Source: Adineta vaga
Taxonomy: Eukaryota; Animalia; Rotifera
Assembly: GCA_021613535.1 (NCBI GenBank)
Contig: CP075494.1
Location: 12,400,001 to 12,464,000, forward strand
Direction: 5' to 3'
Length of the DNA: 64,000 nucleotides
Positions 35,264-49,758 of this stretch are shown here, one piece after another. Under the pieces are notes generated by a model, which searched no databases, had not been told where the DNA came from, and was given only the letters and a program-made list of their open reading frames with translations. The translations under genes and the position numbers were made by a program. Every line of letters begins with the position of its first letter. Within the stretch, counting starts at the first letter, position 1.

Positions 35264-35877
35264 CTAGCGCAAGACGAGAAATAAACCAATTAAACTCAAA
35301 CCAATACATGTTAGAGAGAAAGTAAAAAGTTTATTCAAATTATCACTATCATACGTAGAATCCATTAAAGCTATAGTATCCTAAAATAAAGAATTCTTCA
35401 TTTAATTTTCATAAACTTAGTCAGTAATATTCTCGCACTTACCCATCCACCATGATCTTTAATCCAATTTGTTAATCTTTTAACTACATATTGTCCAGTA
35501 ACGCAAGCAATTCTATCAGCAATATCATTATGTTTTCTTGCAATAAATGTACTAAAAGCAAAAATTGTAATAATTTTGCCCCAAGTTACATTATTATTTT
35601 GAATTAAACAATTAAAAATTCTTGTCAAGTCACGACAAAGAAAATCGTCAATTATATCCTGACGATTAGTTTCATTTTTATCAATTGATATTGATAATGA
35701 ATCAAGTTTTCGAAGCATTCCAGTAAATAAAATTTCATGTCGATGTATTATATGATCAACTTGTTTTTTTATACGTAAATAATTCGGCTGTTGCAATGGA
35801 AGTTGACAGATGAGTGCAACAGCAATTTCCATTGTTTCAGCTTGTATACGACCTTGTTCTCCATCAAAATATGACAT
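35264..35877 (-). CDS. Bcl-2 family protein, 2 exons
   Basis: BH1-like VTWGKIITIFAF, BH2 WIKDHGGW|gtaag, and a last exon with a TM tail TCIGLSLIGLFLVLR*. Confidence 0.88.
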
Positions 35878-36775
35878 TGAACTAATACTAACTAAATAAT
35901 TCGGAATATAAGAAAACGACGAAAAGAATTTATCTGTCAGTTTATACTATGACTCATTTGTCTGATAGATAAATATGAATAATGATTAATTTAGGAATTG
36001 TCGTTATTTTTATTATTATTGAGAAATTTAACAGAATTTCTGATAAAATAGTCTTTTTTTAAGATACTTAGAATAGAAAGAATGAATTATATATGATGGA
36101 ATAGAGGGACGTAGAATCGCTAGACGTTAACTGAGATTGGTTACAGCAGAACGAATGAGTTGTGCATTAGTAGTCACAACGTAACGTAAACCGACCACAT
36201 TTATTCCGTCCGTCCGTCCCGTTTTGTAAAATTAGTCTAACAATGAAATAAGGAAAATAGTGATCGCCTGTTCTACCAGTAGTCTGGAATTCGTCATTCA
36301 GATAAATCAAACAAAAAAATATATTTCAGTGTTATTCAGCAAACGATAGAATGTGTATACTTTACTAACTTGTAAATACAAATACAAAGGAATAAAACTA
36401 CGTTTTGGGAAAGAAAAAGCTTATCGAATCATCCTTTTCGCTGTTCAAGTATTCATATTGATTTTGTATTTGTCTTTGAAAAATAAATATTTAACCTTGA
36501 AAAAGACCTTTTAGTTTATTGAGTGGAAGTGGAATTAACTCAATTACGAACACATCTAATATATACACATGAAAAGATTAAATCGAAGTATAGATTTGTA
36601 TTTGTTTTGTATATTGACTGTAATATTTTTTTCTTTCGATGAAAATAAAAGAACGAAAAGGAATAGTAATCGAAGGTGAATAGTCTATGTTATGTTATAT
36701 ATGTGAGAAAAGAAACGAACGTTAACATTGATCATACTTTGTCGTTAAAAATAGCAAGGAAAAAAAGACATTTAC

Positions 36776-37603
36776 ATGTCAAAATCATTGACTCGAACAT
36801 ATTCACTTCGAAAACATGTACGACCGATGATTGATATCGACGAAGAAGATGATGAACAACGGCGAGATTCGTCTGGTCGAAAACGCGTAGCTGTCGTCGA
36901 TTGTTTATTAGATTCTTCGTCGGATGAAAATGATGAAACAAATCTTAATTATGAAAAATTAAGCAATGTTCTATGGTTAACATTTACCGAAATTTGTCAT
37001 ATACGTTATGTGATTGCTCAAACAACGTTAACTCTTGATAAACAATGTTCAGAAATTCAAAATGGAAGTCTTTGTTATCAATGTCGAAAAAAAACTAATT
37101 CTTTCTTTTTCTTACCATCATTTCTTCAAATTAATAAACGTGAAATGTGTTATGTTTGTCAACGAAATATGTGTAAAAAATGTTCATATTACAATTTTTC
37201 ATTACCTAGTTCAAAACTATTAATTCCTATTCAACTTCAAACATTACTTAAACCATCATCGATTAATATTGAACAGAAAAAAGAACAAATGAATAAATCA
37301 GTGAATAAACAAACAAAAACAATTTGTTACGACTGCTTACAAGTAAAATAAACTTCTTATTATCTTCATACTCTTGATGAGATTAAATTCTAGGTATTCA
37401 GTGAACACCGGCAAACATCGCAATTTCATTTTAAACCTCCATACACTCCATTTCGTCGAACTTTTTCATTACCTCCTGTTTCTGGTAAGAATTCGAATGA
37501 TATTCATTACACACGTCATCGTCATCGTCCACATCAAGTAACTAATTGTAAAACTGAAAAATCAACACCAATAATAAATGCCTCACTTATAACAAAATTT
37601 TAG
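36776..37603 (+). CDS. Spire C-terminal-like protein (Spir-box + modified FYVE zinc finger), 2 exons
   Basis: LTFTEICHIRYVIAQ resembles the Spir-box; CYQC...CYVC...CKKC...CYDC cysteine pairs; second exon 37394-37603. Confidence 0.6.
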
Positions 37604-37741
37604 TTTTTATCAATAATATTTCACTAGTTTTATTTTTTATAGATAATAATAAATCATCGAGTTTAACATAAGATAAGAACAAATCAATATATAAATACAA
37701 CGAAATAAAGAAAAAGAAAAATATTCGACAAGAATTATTGA

Positions 37742-38348
<607 letters not shown>

Positions 38349-38748
38349 TTTGTTTATATTTATAAGATAATGAACTAGTGTCTATTGTTTATATAGACAC
38401 AACCGTGATAATATCATTGGTTAGAGAAAGAAAAAGATTTAGAGGGCAAATGATTTAAATTTCATTGATCTATCCAAAGTCAGCTGATCATGTAACTAAA
38501 AGATGATTTGATAACGGTGACAAATAGAATAGAAAAAAGTTGTACGTTGACAGGGGGAGAAGATAATAGTAGATACAATCATCCGATGCAGCTAAACATC
38601 TGTAATAATGATGGACATTCCTTCCTAAACTACGGATTTTTCCTCATTTGTAAATATTCCATCATGATAAAAACGAACCTCGAATTGAAAATCTCCACGA
38701 GAACTTTCTACCGTGATATAAATTAAAAAAGAAAAAGAATGAAAAAAG

Positions 38749-38867
38749 AGCTTACGACACTCGGTATTCCCAGGCGGTCACCCATCCAAGTACTAACCGA
38801 GCCCGACGTTGCTTAACTTCAGTGATCGGACGAGAACTGGTGTATTCAACGTGGTATGGCCGTAAGC
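38749..38867 (-). rRNA. 5S rRNA (cluster 4, last copy)
   Basis: Exact reverse complement of the major type. Confidence 0.98.
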
Positions 38868-39132
38868 GTACAACTAACGAATATTGGTTGCTTTTAACCT
38901 TATCACAACTATATATTCGTTTTCGACTATTGTCTATTTCAATTGAAAACTATCGATGTTTGTCTGTTGTTAAAAAACACAAAAAATATCATTCTAAAAT
39001 GATAATCGCCTGATATGTGTTGATTTCGATTGATACAGCTTGGCATGGACAAAGGGCGAAGATTGAATTGAAACTCTTCACGAGAACGTTCTAAGCGTGA
39101 TATAAATTAAAAAAGAAAAAGAATGAAAAAAG

Positions 39133-39251
39133 AGCTTACGACACTCGGTATTCCCAGGCGGTCACCCATCCAAGTACTAACCGAGCCCGACGTTGCTTAA
39201 CTTCAGTGATCGGACGAGAACTGGTGTATTCAACGTGGTATGGCCGTAAGC
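39133..39251 (-). rRNA. 5S rRNA (cluster 4, middle copy)
   Basis: Exact reverse complement of the major type. Confidence 0.98.
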
Positions 39252-39517
39252 GTACAACTAACGAATATTGGTCGCTGTTAATTCTAACATAGGTATATAT
39301 CAGTTTTTGACTATTGCTTATTTCAATTGAAAACTATCGATGTTTGTCTGTAGTTAAAAAACACAAAAAATATCATTCTAAAATGATAATCACCTGATAG
39401 GTGTTGGTTTCGATTGATACAGCTTGTCATCGACAAAAAATGAAGATGATATTGAAAATCTAGATGAAAAAGTTCTAGCAAGATATAAATTAAAAAAGCA
39501 AAAACAATGAAGAAAAA

Positions 39518-39636
39518 AGCTTACGACACTCGGTATTCCCAGGCGGTCACCCATCCAAGTACTAACCGAGCCCGACGTTGCTTAACTTCAGTGATCGGAC
39601 GAGAACTGGTGTATTCAACGTGGTATGGCCGTAAGC
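39518..39636 (-). rRNA. 5S rRNA (cluster 4, first copy)
   Basis: Exact reverse complement of the major type. Confidence 0.98.
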
Positions 39637-40411
39637 GTCTATACTAATATTGATTATCAGTCGCTTTAATAAGTATATCTGTAGAAAGGTAAATTAGAAA
39701 CCATTTTTCATAGATTGATGCTTATTCATTCGTTTTGATAGTTTTTAAAAATGAATTTTCGTGAACTGTTTATAACGTTATTCATATGTTATAGATAGTG
39801 ATCCTTAAGTTTTTCTATTGTCATCGTTCATAGATGTGCCAAGCCATTGGAATGTTCATTAGTCGATCGTCATATTGTCTGGTTTTGCTAAGTGAACTGG
39901 AAACATTGTCTTTGTATTTTCAATATCGTTGACAACAGTTTTGTAATAGGTAAACAATAATTTACCACACATTCAAATGATAGATTGAGTTTGATTTTTT
40001 TTTTGGTTATTGTTCGAGTTTCCAAGAAAATATATATACTTGATTATATAAGATTGAATGTGGTTCTATGCCATTTTTGAAATTATCTCGTAAATTCAAC
40101 GAGAGAAGCTTTTCATGGAGAGAAATCATGAACAATTGCTGAACTATTATTTTTTCATAGTAGAAATAAACGTACATCTGTTGAATTTTTAATGTTCACT
40201 ACTGAGTGAATCACATTGGCATGATTATCTTTATCCATTTTTATATGTATATCTGAGCATGATAAATAAGAGCATGACTACAGAACAATCTATTTTTCAT
40301 GCGAGAGAAATGTTATCTTCGCGGAGTACTATATTTCGACACAGTGAGTAAAAGAATGTATATTGATATATTTTGTAGACTAACGTAAGAAAAGGAATAC
40401 GCAATTTTATT

Positions 40412-41296
40412 TTAAATATAAAAATCTAATAATAATACAAGCAAATATAAAACTAAACACATTTCACTATACATACTTTCATTTCTTCGGCATGTATCTA
40501 GATCTTTATTACATTCATCAAATGCACACATACATACCGTATCTTCCAATGCACATTGTGAAAACACAATACTTTTCGATGACCATGTATATGATTTACA
40601 AAGTTCTGTTTTATATTTCATTAAATAAGCTGAATAAATCGATGGAATCAATGTTTGTCTCGTTATTTTATTTGCACGATCAATACTAATAGCACAGAGA
40701 ACACCTTGATTAGATAAATACGTTTTACAGATATCATCATTTTCGGAACATAATGGTATTAAACTTGAATATGCTAATTCAGTAAAATCTTCAGGTGATT
40801 GATAACATGTCACTCGATTAGTTAATGGTACAATTGTATTACTGAATAATGATGCTTTTTGACTCCAAATCGGATTGATCTGTCGTATACATTGTGAATA
40901 ATTGAAATTGCATAAATTTGTAACACAGATACAAGCTCGATATGAACCACGAAAAATTGTATACGGTGATGCAATACAATAATCATCATAACCATTGAGA
41001 GTATTTCGAGGAAAATAATGACATTCACGAACAAGATTTTCATGATAAATTTCCACTTGATTCACTTGAAGGCAAGTATAAGAAAAACCTGCTAATCCTG
41101 CGCCAGTCAACGAAAGTGTTGTCTCAATAGCATAATTACGAGCAGTAACTAAACATGCTTCACAATTTTGTGAAAATGTTGTTGCTAATCCAATATCATG
41201 CTGACAGGTGATATTTCGAATTGAAATACGATCTTCAGCTGAACGAAGTAGTGCACATGATGTTCGAAGATAGAATACTAGAAAGAAGAGTAACAT
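40412..41296 (-). CDS. Secreted/surface Cys-rich protein, Ly6/uPAR(three-finger)-like, possible GPI anchor
   Basis: Signal-like MLLFFLVFYL, two domains ending CICVTNLCN and CMCAFDECN, and a hydrophobic C-terminus. Confidence 0.6.
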   Translation of the reverse strand: MLLFFLVFYLRTSCALLRSAEDRISIRNITCQHDIGLATTFSQNCEACLVTARNYAIETTLSLTGAGLAGFSYTCLQVNQVEIYHENLVRECHYFPRNTLNGYDDYCIASPYTIFRGSYRACICVTNLCNFNYSQCIRQINPIWSQKASLFSNTIVPLTNRVTCYQSPEDFTELAYSSLIPLCSENDDICKTYLSNQGVLCAISIDRANKITRQTLIPSIYSAYLMKYKTELCKSYTWSSKSIVFSQCALEDTVCMCAFDECNKDLDTCRRNESMYSEMCLVLYLLVLLLDFYI

Positions 41297-42025
41297 TGTA
41301 TATGAATGTCGGCTTTTGCTATAGTCAATGTATCGAATGGTTGTTATATATTTTTCATTGCAAGTAGACAGGAACAAAACAGCATCACATCAGTCAATAT
41401 GTATTTTTATTATTTTATACAAAAAAAATTTAAAATTTAAATCATTATATACTATTATTTGCTTATGTCTCTTCTCAGTGCCAATATAACTGTAAACTGA
41501 TAACCTTGTAGTTTCAAAACAATCTGCATATCTATTTTCAATATGACTCTTCTTCTTCTTTCGTTCGTTTTTTTTCTAATTTCTTTTCGTCTATTTGTTC
41601 ACATTTTGTGCTATATGACATTTGAAGACTCCATTCTATTACTTTTTTTCGTGAATAATAAAATGCTAAAGACTGGAGTGTCTTTCACATTTATGAAACA
41701 TACGATTCTACGGAAGGAAAAACGGCAGAATAGACAGTATTTCATTTATATCTATCTATCTATCTATCTTTCTAGAACTGAAGAATCTGAAATGGTATTG
41801 CAATTAAATGAGAACTTTGCATGTTTTTTACTGTCTGATCGGAGTAGGTCAAAGGCATGCAATTAAAAAAGTAGATCTATGATCTTGCTATTCTATCTTC
41901 TTTGAAAATAAAATTCTTAGCTATGTATCTATAGTACAGACTATGTACTAAAGATACAAGTTGAATATAGTAACATTTCGCATCAATTTAAAATTCTTTT
42001 TTATTATTATTTTAAAAACAAAAAT

Positions 42026-45000
42026 TTATGATAGAATAGGGGACGTTGTAGGAGCAGTAATATGTCTTGTATTCTGATCAGGAGATAAAGCCAGTGAGCT
42101 ACTATTTGTTAATGCACATAATTGATAAAAGTCTGGATTATGAGATGGAACAATAAGATCCATTGTAGGTGATACTAATGATAATTCGTTGTTAATTGAT
42201 GTTGGTCGATCAAGATCATTTTCTGGTCGTAACCATGGATATTCAAATATCTGTTGAAGTAATATTTGTCGTTCAACAGCTAATTGTTGATCATCGACAG
42301 ATTTAGTTTCTATTTCTTGATCTTGTTGTTGTTGCTGCTGTTGTCGTTCATCAAGAAATCGTCTCTGTTCAGCACAATCGTGTGACCAAACCTGTAATTC
42401 CGTATCTGAACCATAAGTATTAATTAAATGTACCTCAACAGAGTGTTCATTAATTGTGTTCGCATGATAAACATGTGAAGAATTTTCACTTTCATGTAGA
42501 GCAAATGTTTTTCGTTGTAAATCAGAATCAGAAGAAATTCGACGAAAGAATATTAAATGATTTAATGCACCAGGAAACAGAAGACGCTTTTGAGGTTTCG
42601 TTGATATACTTTGATCCAATATTGTTGTTTCAAGTGACGATGATCCATCACTCGCACTGTCATCATGATCAATAAAATGATCTTCAATATATTCTGACAT
42701 ATTGAAAGTTGCAGATGATGAACTTGTCGTGTCGGCAGCATCATCGGATATATTCGATAATGTTTCAGCAGTTAAAACTTTTTCAAATGTTTCCGAATAA
42801 GAAAATATCGATGATGAAGATGAAGATAATGAAAGAGTCGTATCTTGTTGTAAATCTGGACTGTTGAGACTATCAAGTGAGATATCCTTAGGTGGAGATA
42901 ATGTTGGTGTTGATGCTAAAGGTATTGGGACAATATTTGAATAACGATTACGGACAAATGGACAAAGAAATAATGTTCCATCAGACAATTCTTGTGTGAA
43001 TTCTTTCAATTTATCATTTTCAACTAGAAAATAAACGAAGAAAATCAATCAGATGCAAACTAATTCATTTTCAAAAAAGAATCTGGTTTCAGGACATTCT
43101 TTTCCGAAGAAACAAATTTGATTTTTCTAAAAATACTTTTGCTGATTTCAAGGTTTCCACAAGAAATAATGGCCTTCTGGTAAAATAGTTACTATTTGCA
43201 TTTAGACAAAAATTTTGAATACAATTGTTAGGAAGATAGTTATATGTCAATGAGGACATATACGATCTTGGGATTTTTTACATTATACATGCTGTGAAAA
43301 ACAACATTATCAAAAACACTTGTGACATTTATTTGATTATCATATTCAACATATGACACATCATATTTTTCTCAAATCAATATTATTCTTTGTGAAAAGA
43401 AACAAAAAATATATCGAAAACATACCTTCATTCACCGGCTTATCTAAGCATTGTTTATTTGCGCTATTATTGAGCCAAGTTTTGACAAGTCCAATATTTT
43501 TCTGTCGATCATCAACTTCATTCTTCTTGATATCATCTTTAACATCAGTCGATGACCATGTCGAATATCCTTCATCTTGCAAAATCGGTAATAATGTGTT
43601 TAGTTGTGCTTGTTGTTCTTCAATACTTGATTCACTTGATGTTGAATTCATTTGTTGAATTGAATCATTAGATTTTATCGTCTGAAGTGTTGTTCTTGGA
43701 GATTTATTCAATGGAACTGAAATCTGATTATTGATGTTTTTCTTCGTAGTAGTTGTAGTTGAACATATTCGAGTTTTATTTGCCATAGGTTGAGTAATTG
43801 GAGATGTACGAGCTGTTTTCTTTGCTGCTGTTGTTGTTGTTGTTGTTGTTGTTGTTGACATACTATGAACTGAAGTAATTGGACGGTTAGATGCTGTGAT
43901 TGTATCTTTTTCGGTTTTTGATATAATAGATACTGGGATGCTTGGTTTTTTGTTTAGAATCTGTTCTCGATTTAATGATGTTGTTGTTCTTACAGGCACT
44001 TTGGATACTTTTGGTGTTGATAATGAACGATTTGTAGTAGCAGCAGTAGTTGATGATTGTATCTTTGAATCTGGACGACGACATGGTAGTCTGGAAGGAC
44101 GAATTGTCTTTGTTGCTGTTATCATTGGTTGAGGTGTTTGACAACGATCAATGTTATGATTTGTTACTGTCATCGATGGAGGTGAAGGTAGTTTCGAAAT
44201 GATAAAAGTTTCCGAACGTTGAAGAGTTTGTTGATCTATTTAAAATACAAATAATGTAAATCCTTAGTTGTCAGTTGTATATAATCTTACTTGTTGATTT
44301 GTTTGAAATTAAACAAGGCGTTTTCATATTCTTCTAAAGAAGCGAATGAAATATAATTTGGTGAAATTTCATTCCTATCAATCTTACTGTATTAAGTGTC
44401 CAACTATCAGATGTTGACATTGAACAACGCGTTGTCGATGATGATGATGATGATGAAGAATTTGAAGATGAACGAAATAATTGATTATCTATTTCAATAG
44501 GTCTATGATGGTATTGAATTGCATTACCTGTCACTGACGATAATCTCTCAATGACATGATATATTGATGCACATTCTTTACGAATATTCTAAATTAAGAA
44601 AAAATGTTTTATCTTTGAAAAGTACCTGTGTCTATGGAATACATCAACTACGCGTGTAGAATAAAGATGAAAGAAATATCCCAAAGGAATAAATAGCATT
44701 GAATCTGAACATATATTGCACTAAGTCGTACCTGATCATTTATTCAAAAAAAAATTGATACTATGACTCGTCGAACTACAGACGGTAATCCGAGTCGTGT
44801 GTGTATGCGTTAACTAGATGACAAAGAGTATTATACAAAGATGAGTTGTCTAGTCGGCATCGTCTTAATGATCTACCTTCATTGTCTTTTAAGTTTGAAT
44901 TAATTCACTCTAATAGACTGTACAATGGTTAATATTAAATTACCTTTTCTTTTGTTATTTAATCAAAAAGTAAAGAAAGTGTCTATAGAATTTGACTAGG

Positions 45001-45740
45001 AGAGATGAAGAAGTCATGTCCGGTGATTTCTTTCGATTACGTCCGTTCGCCCGACAGAATTAATAACTGTTACTATTTCTGATTGTTGATTGCGGACCAT
45101 TTACTATCATCAATAGAAGAAAGAAATGTTACAAACCATATGCCGTTCCAGTCTGCTAAAGTAGTTAGCAAATAACTACGAGGCAGATTATGAAATCAAA
45201 AAGCTACAGATTGTTTCTCTACATTGATCGTTAATTGAGAAGAAAGTAGTATACTAGACAATTTATCATTCTTTCCTTTGTATTTACTTCTTGCATGACT
45301 GCTGTTCGTATGACCATTGTTGATAATTGATCAAGAAATTGTACATATTCTTCTCGTTGACATTGATTTTGAGCAAATAATTTTCCATTTTCTTCTTCAA
45401 GTTCTCGGATATGTTCATCAAGAAAATATGCTTGATGAGTGTTGACATTTGTTTTACACTATTATTAATTGATGTAAAGAAACAGAAAAAAATATTTGAA
45501 TAATATAAAATATAACTAAAGATTGTTTTGCTTTACCAATGCCTCAAGCTGATCAATACGTTTGTGTAATTCAGTATTCTCAGTTTTAAGCAGTGACATA
45601 CATTCATCAAATTCACGAATTTTCGTCTAAGATACAAAAGAAAAATAGATTTATAATATAAATATATACATGCATTGTTGTTTTACCTCGTATAAAGATG
45701 GATCTTGAAGTTTATTCTTTAATTTAACTAATATACTCAT
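42026..45740 (-). CDS. NCKAP5-like coiled-coil protein with long S/T-rich disordered region, multi-exon
   Basis: Spliced ELEEENGKLFAQNQCQREEYVQFLDQLSTMVIRTAVMQE|NIRKEC resembles the NCKAP5 N-terminal coiled coil (from memory). ORFs 43361-44173 and 42026-43048 are likely later exons. The exact exon chain is uncertain. Confidence 0.55.
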
Positions 45741-47816
45741 AATCGTTGTTAGGTTATGTAAGAATCATTACTAAAATGAAACACAACAAATGTATGTATA
45801 GAACTAAACTGAATATAAATATAAATTCTCACAGTTCCCATTCTCTCCTGCCTTCTCTCATTCTCTCATTTCTTCTTATGTGTTTGTGTATCAATCGAAT
45901 CGATTGGATGTATGAACAGTCTCATCAATCGTAATAAAAGAATGAGTTCGGTCATATTTAGAAGGAATGTATTAAACTGAAAGTGTAGGAAGAAATAACA
46001 ACATTTGAAACCTACTTAGTCTAAACAATACTAATCACTTATTCTCTTCAAAGTTCTAGAGACAAACGACGATAGTTTTCTTTTTCTCTCTTTTACATTA
46101 TTTAAGCTATTGTGTGTGTTATTCATAGCTAGGTTTTTTTTCTTGCTACTTCTCTTTCTCTATCGTCTACCTCGTCATCTTACAATTGGGATTGTGCAAT
46201 CGAGTAAAAAAAAGCGGAAGGAGAAAAAGAGCAAAATGTCAACGAAAGAAACATACCAGCGGAAACGACTAGAGGCAATCTATCAGACACAGAGAGAGAG
46301 AGAAAATCTGTAATGTTGAGAAAGGTGAAATGACCATACATACTCAATAAAAACAGGTACTTTTTTATTTAAATCCTATTCCATCTTCAATCTGTTGACG
46401 TATCATTGAAAAATGAACAACTTCCAATGGCAAAAGAAAAACACAATCATCTCATTTGATACATTCTTTTCCTATTATGTAACAGATATCTATCTGGTAA
46501 CAAAACACAGTCCATCTACTGTACAATACAAACATATTAGGATACCAGTTACATATACATGCTTACACTTGAGATATTACTCTTCTCTACCTATAGTCTC
46601 GCTTCTTCACAGAAAATAGTTATTAAATGCGACAGAAAAATAGTTTATCTATTTGTCGATATGCTTTACTATTAATAGAGAATGTTACTTCTAATCATGT
46701 TCTATCCATCTATATATCATTTGATTGACAAACATTACTACGTAGTTCTACTACTTCTTCTTCTTCTCTTTTTTTCCTATCATTTACTGTCCTCGTTGAC
46801 AGAACAAGGACAGAAATATAAAACGTATGTCCAATACTAAGCTATTATTCAAGAGTATAAGTCTTTTTCTCGTTATAGTAGTACTAATGACAGTAGTTTC
46901 ATTCTGTTTCTTTTAATTCATCGGAATGACTATGGGATGAAGACATACTTTTCACTATAGCCTTTCATGAAAATGCATATCGATTACTCTTGTGCAAATT
47001 CTTTTCCCTTTTTTCTTCTTTCTTTTTTTGGATTGAGTAATCGGATTCATCGGAATAGAATAAAAAAAGAGAGAGAATTGAGTAAGATTTGTCATATTGT
47101 GCTTGAAAAAAATTATCCACTTACTAATTGATTCAAGGTTTATCAATGACAATAATGCTAACTGAAAGAAAGAAAGAAATAAAGGAATTTTCATCGATTG
47201 TTCATAACACGAGTGTTCATTGCTTGACCTCGTCGAATGATAGTAACCATTACACAGAGACATATGTCAAGCGAATTGGATAGGACACAACCGTTCTGCT
47301 AACCATTATACCACTGCGACGACGAATTAAATAGCATAGAAAAAGAAATAACATGCACGGACATACATTCAACAGAAAGAAAGAGAGAAAGAAAAGAAAT
47401 TGACACTTCTTTTTCTATCGATGAACAAATCTCACTGCAGGTCATTGATATTTAATGTTTCTCTTTCAGATAGCCTCACTTCAATAATAAGAGCATGAAT
47501 AAAAATGCCTTTCAATAATGAAAAATGATATTTATTTGCTATGAAAATCAAATAACTAAATATATGTACATATTCATCGTACGTAGAGTTGAAGGATATT
47601 GAACAATGAAGAGTAACAATATATTCGATATATGAAGGTTAAGTATCGAGAGAAAAAGATTAGTTGAACAAATCATACGCTTACGTTTGTTCCTTTTGGT
47701 ATTACTTTAACATCGTTTATTGACAATGGAAGATTTGTATACATATATATCTAATGAAAGACAGACATTGTCAATCTATTCTAGACAAACTGAGACAGTA
47801 CAATGTCATTTCGATC

Positions 47817-49143
47817 TTATGTAGAAAAATAACCAAGCAATTCAATTTCAGAATATTGAACTGAAGTATGAATATTTCGTTTAGATGTAATCAAAATTCT
47901 ATAACTCAAATACCAAATGGCATTGTTATCAATCGTAACTCTGTTTCCACATTTTGAACGACCGGGATCTGTAGTCAGACCAGTTGTACCATTGTAAATC
48001 GGAATCCAACTTGAACTGAATATCAATTGTGAAAACGATTGATTGCTACCTTCAATCATCACTGTCAATGGATCGCTTTCAGGAAGGTCATGGGCAGTAC
48101 AAAATCGAAATGATACTAGCAATGATAGACCTCGTTTTGGTGTTAAATAAACACCAGTGTTCTCTCCACATTCCAATGTTGTGATAAAGTTACATGATCC
48201 ATAACTAGTATATTTACTATTACTATTTCTGTCGAAGGCATAGTCAGGAATCGCATTCGAGTAATATTTACCCATACCAGCAGTACCAGCTGTTGCTAAA
48301 TTACTATCACTTTCCATAGTTGTATTCCAGATACCATAAACAGTTTCATTGGTACTAGTAAGGAATGATAATTCTATTAAGAGTGTAAAAGATATCAGAT
48401 AATGAAAATCGTATTTTACCTCGATTAGATTTTTTAAGAGTTGGAATTAGAAGAGCAATTAGAACTACTGTAGTAATTATACCAAGTATAACTATAATGA
48501 GTATACCTACCAATATGCCAATACATTTGCATCTAAAAGTATTTGAACTTTCCACTGTATATTTGATGAATAAAACACTTCTTACCGTCTTTTCTCTCGA
48601 AGTTGTTTCGTTCTTTGGCGATATTCTTTTGTTGGACCATATTGATAGTGAGACAAAACATCTGTAATCTGTTTACATTTGAAAATAGATTCGTGTTGAT
48701 CAAGAAGACAATTTTACCGTATTAGTATCATCATCATCATCAAAAGAGAAAACATTATTCTATGGGGAAGAATATATCCTTTTATACAAAAATTAAATTG
48801 AAACGAATGTAATATTTACGTTTTGAGGAACTACTTTGGATGATTTCCATAATTGTCTTGATGCAAATTGACGAGTTCTGGTTGGTGATTTCTCTTGGTT
48901 TTTTTGAGCAGCTATAATAGCTGAAATCTACATGAAAACAAAAAAAACTATGAAAGATGCCTATTGGCAGATTTTGTAAATTATACCGAACGTAAATTGT
49001 CAGTAGGAGTAGTAGAAGATTGTTCAGGTTCATTAGTTGCAATGACATCTGCTATTCGATCTAAAGTATTTTATATATTATAAATGTTGGAATGAAATGA
49101 ACATACTTCTGGCCATCCATGTTTCTTTGCTCTCTGAATGCAT
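47817..49143 (-). CDS. Multi-exon single-pass membrane protein with an extracellular beta-rich (discoidin/galactose-binding-like) domain
   Basis: TM segment CIGILVGILIIVILGIITTVVLIALLI; final exon has AFDRNSNSKY...DPLTVMIEGSN...YRILITSKR...VQYSEIELLG. Confidence 0.55.
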
Positions 49144-49758
49144 GTCGAATTATATTTTAAATTTGATGAAATGAATTCCTTTTTATGTTGACCATTTTGA
49201 CGTCAGAACTATATCAGCATAAGTAAAATAATCAATTCCATAAATTATACCATCTGGAATAATGGCTTCAGTTTTGCCAGAACATTACATACACATAGAC
49301 TTTATCCGTGTATTTTTTATGGTTTCGTTATATTTCTATGTTATATTTGAATGCGATTGAATAAAGTTATGAATAGGCACTTCTCTTATTCTTTTCAAAG
49401 GCGTATCATCGAAAGAATACTGAATACAAGAGCTGGCTACCGACATGAATATGTTCAAATAACCAACTTTCATACATTTCACATCATAGACAGTATATTT
49501 TCTTGTTTTCAGCAATTCGTTGAATTTTTTCTCCTTTGCCGATGATACTGATTGATTTTAATCTTAGGTCGACTAAGGATTGAAAATTATTTAGAATTCT
49601 GCATATGATATGATAATCAGGCTTTTATTAATTTTATATTAAAAAAAGAGTACATACAAACGTCTACATATAAAAAAGTAACAAATGGATTGCTCACTTA
49701 TTGAATAGAAATCAAAATTAATAATTACACATTAACTTAAAAATATAGATGAATGTTT

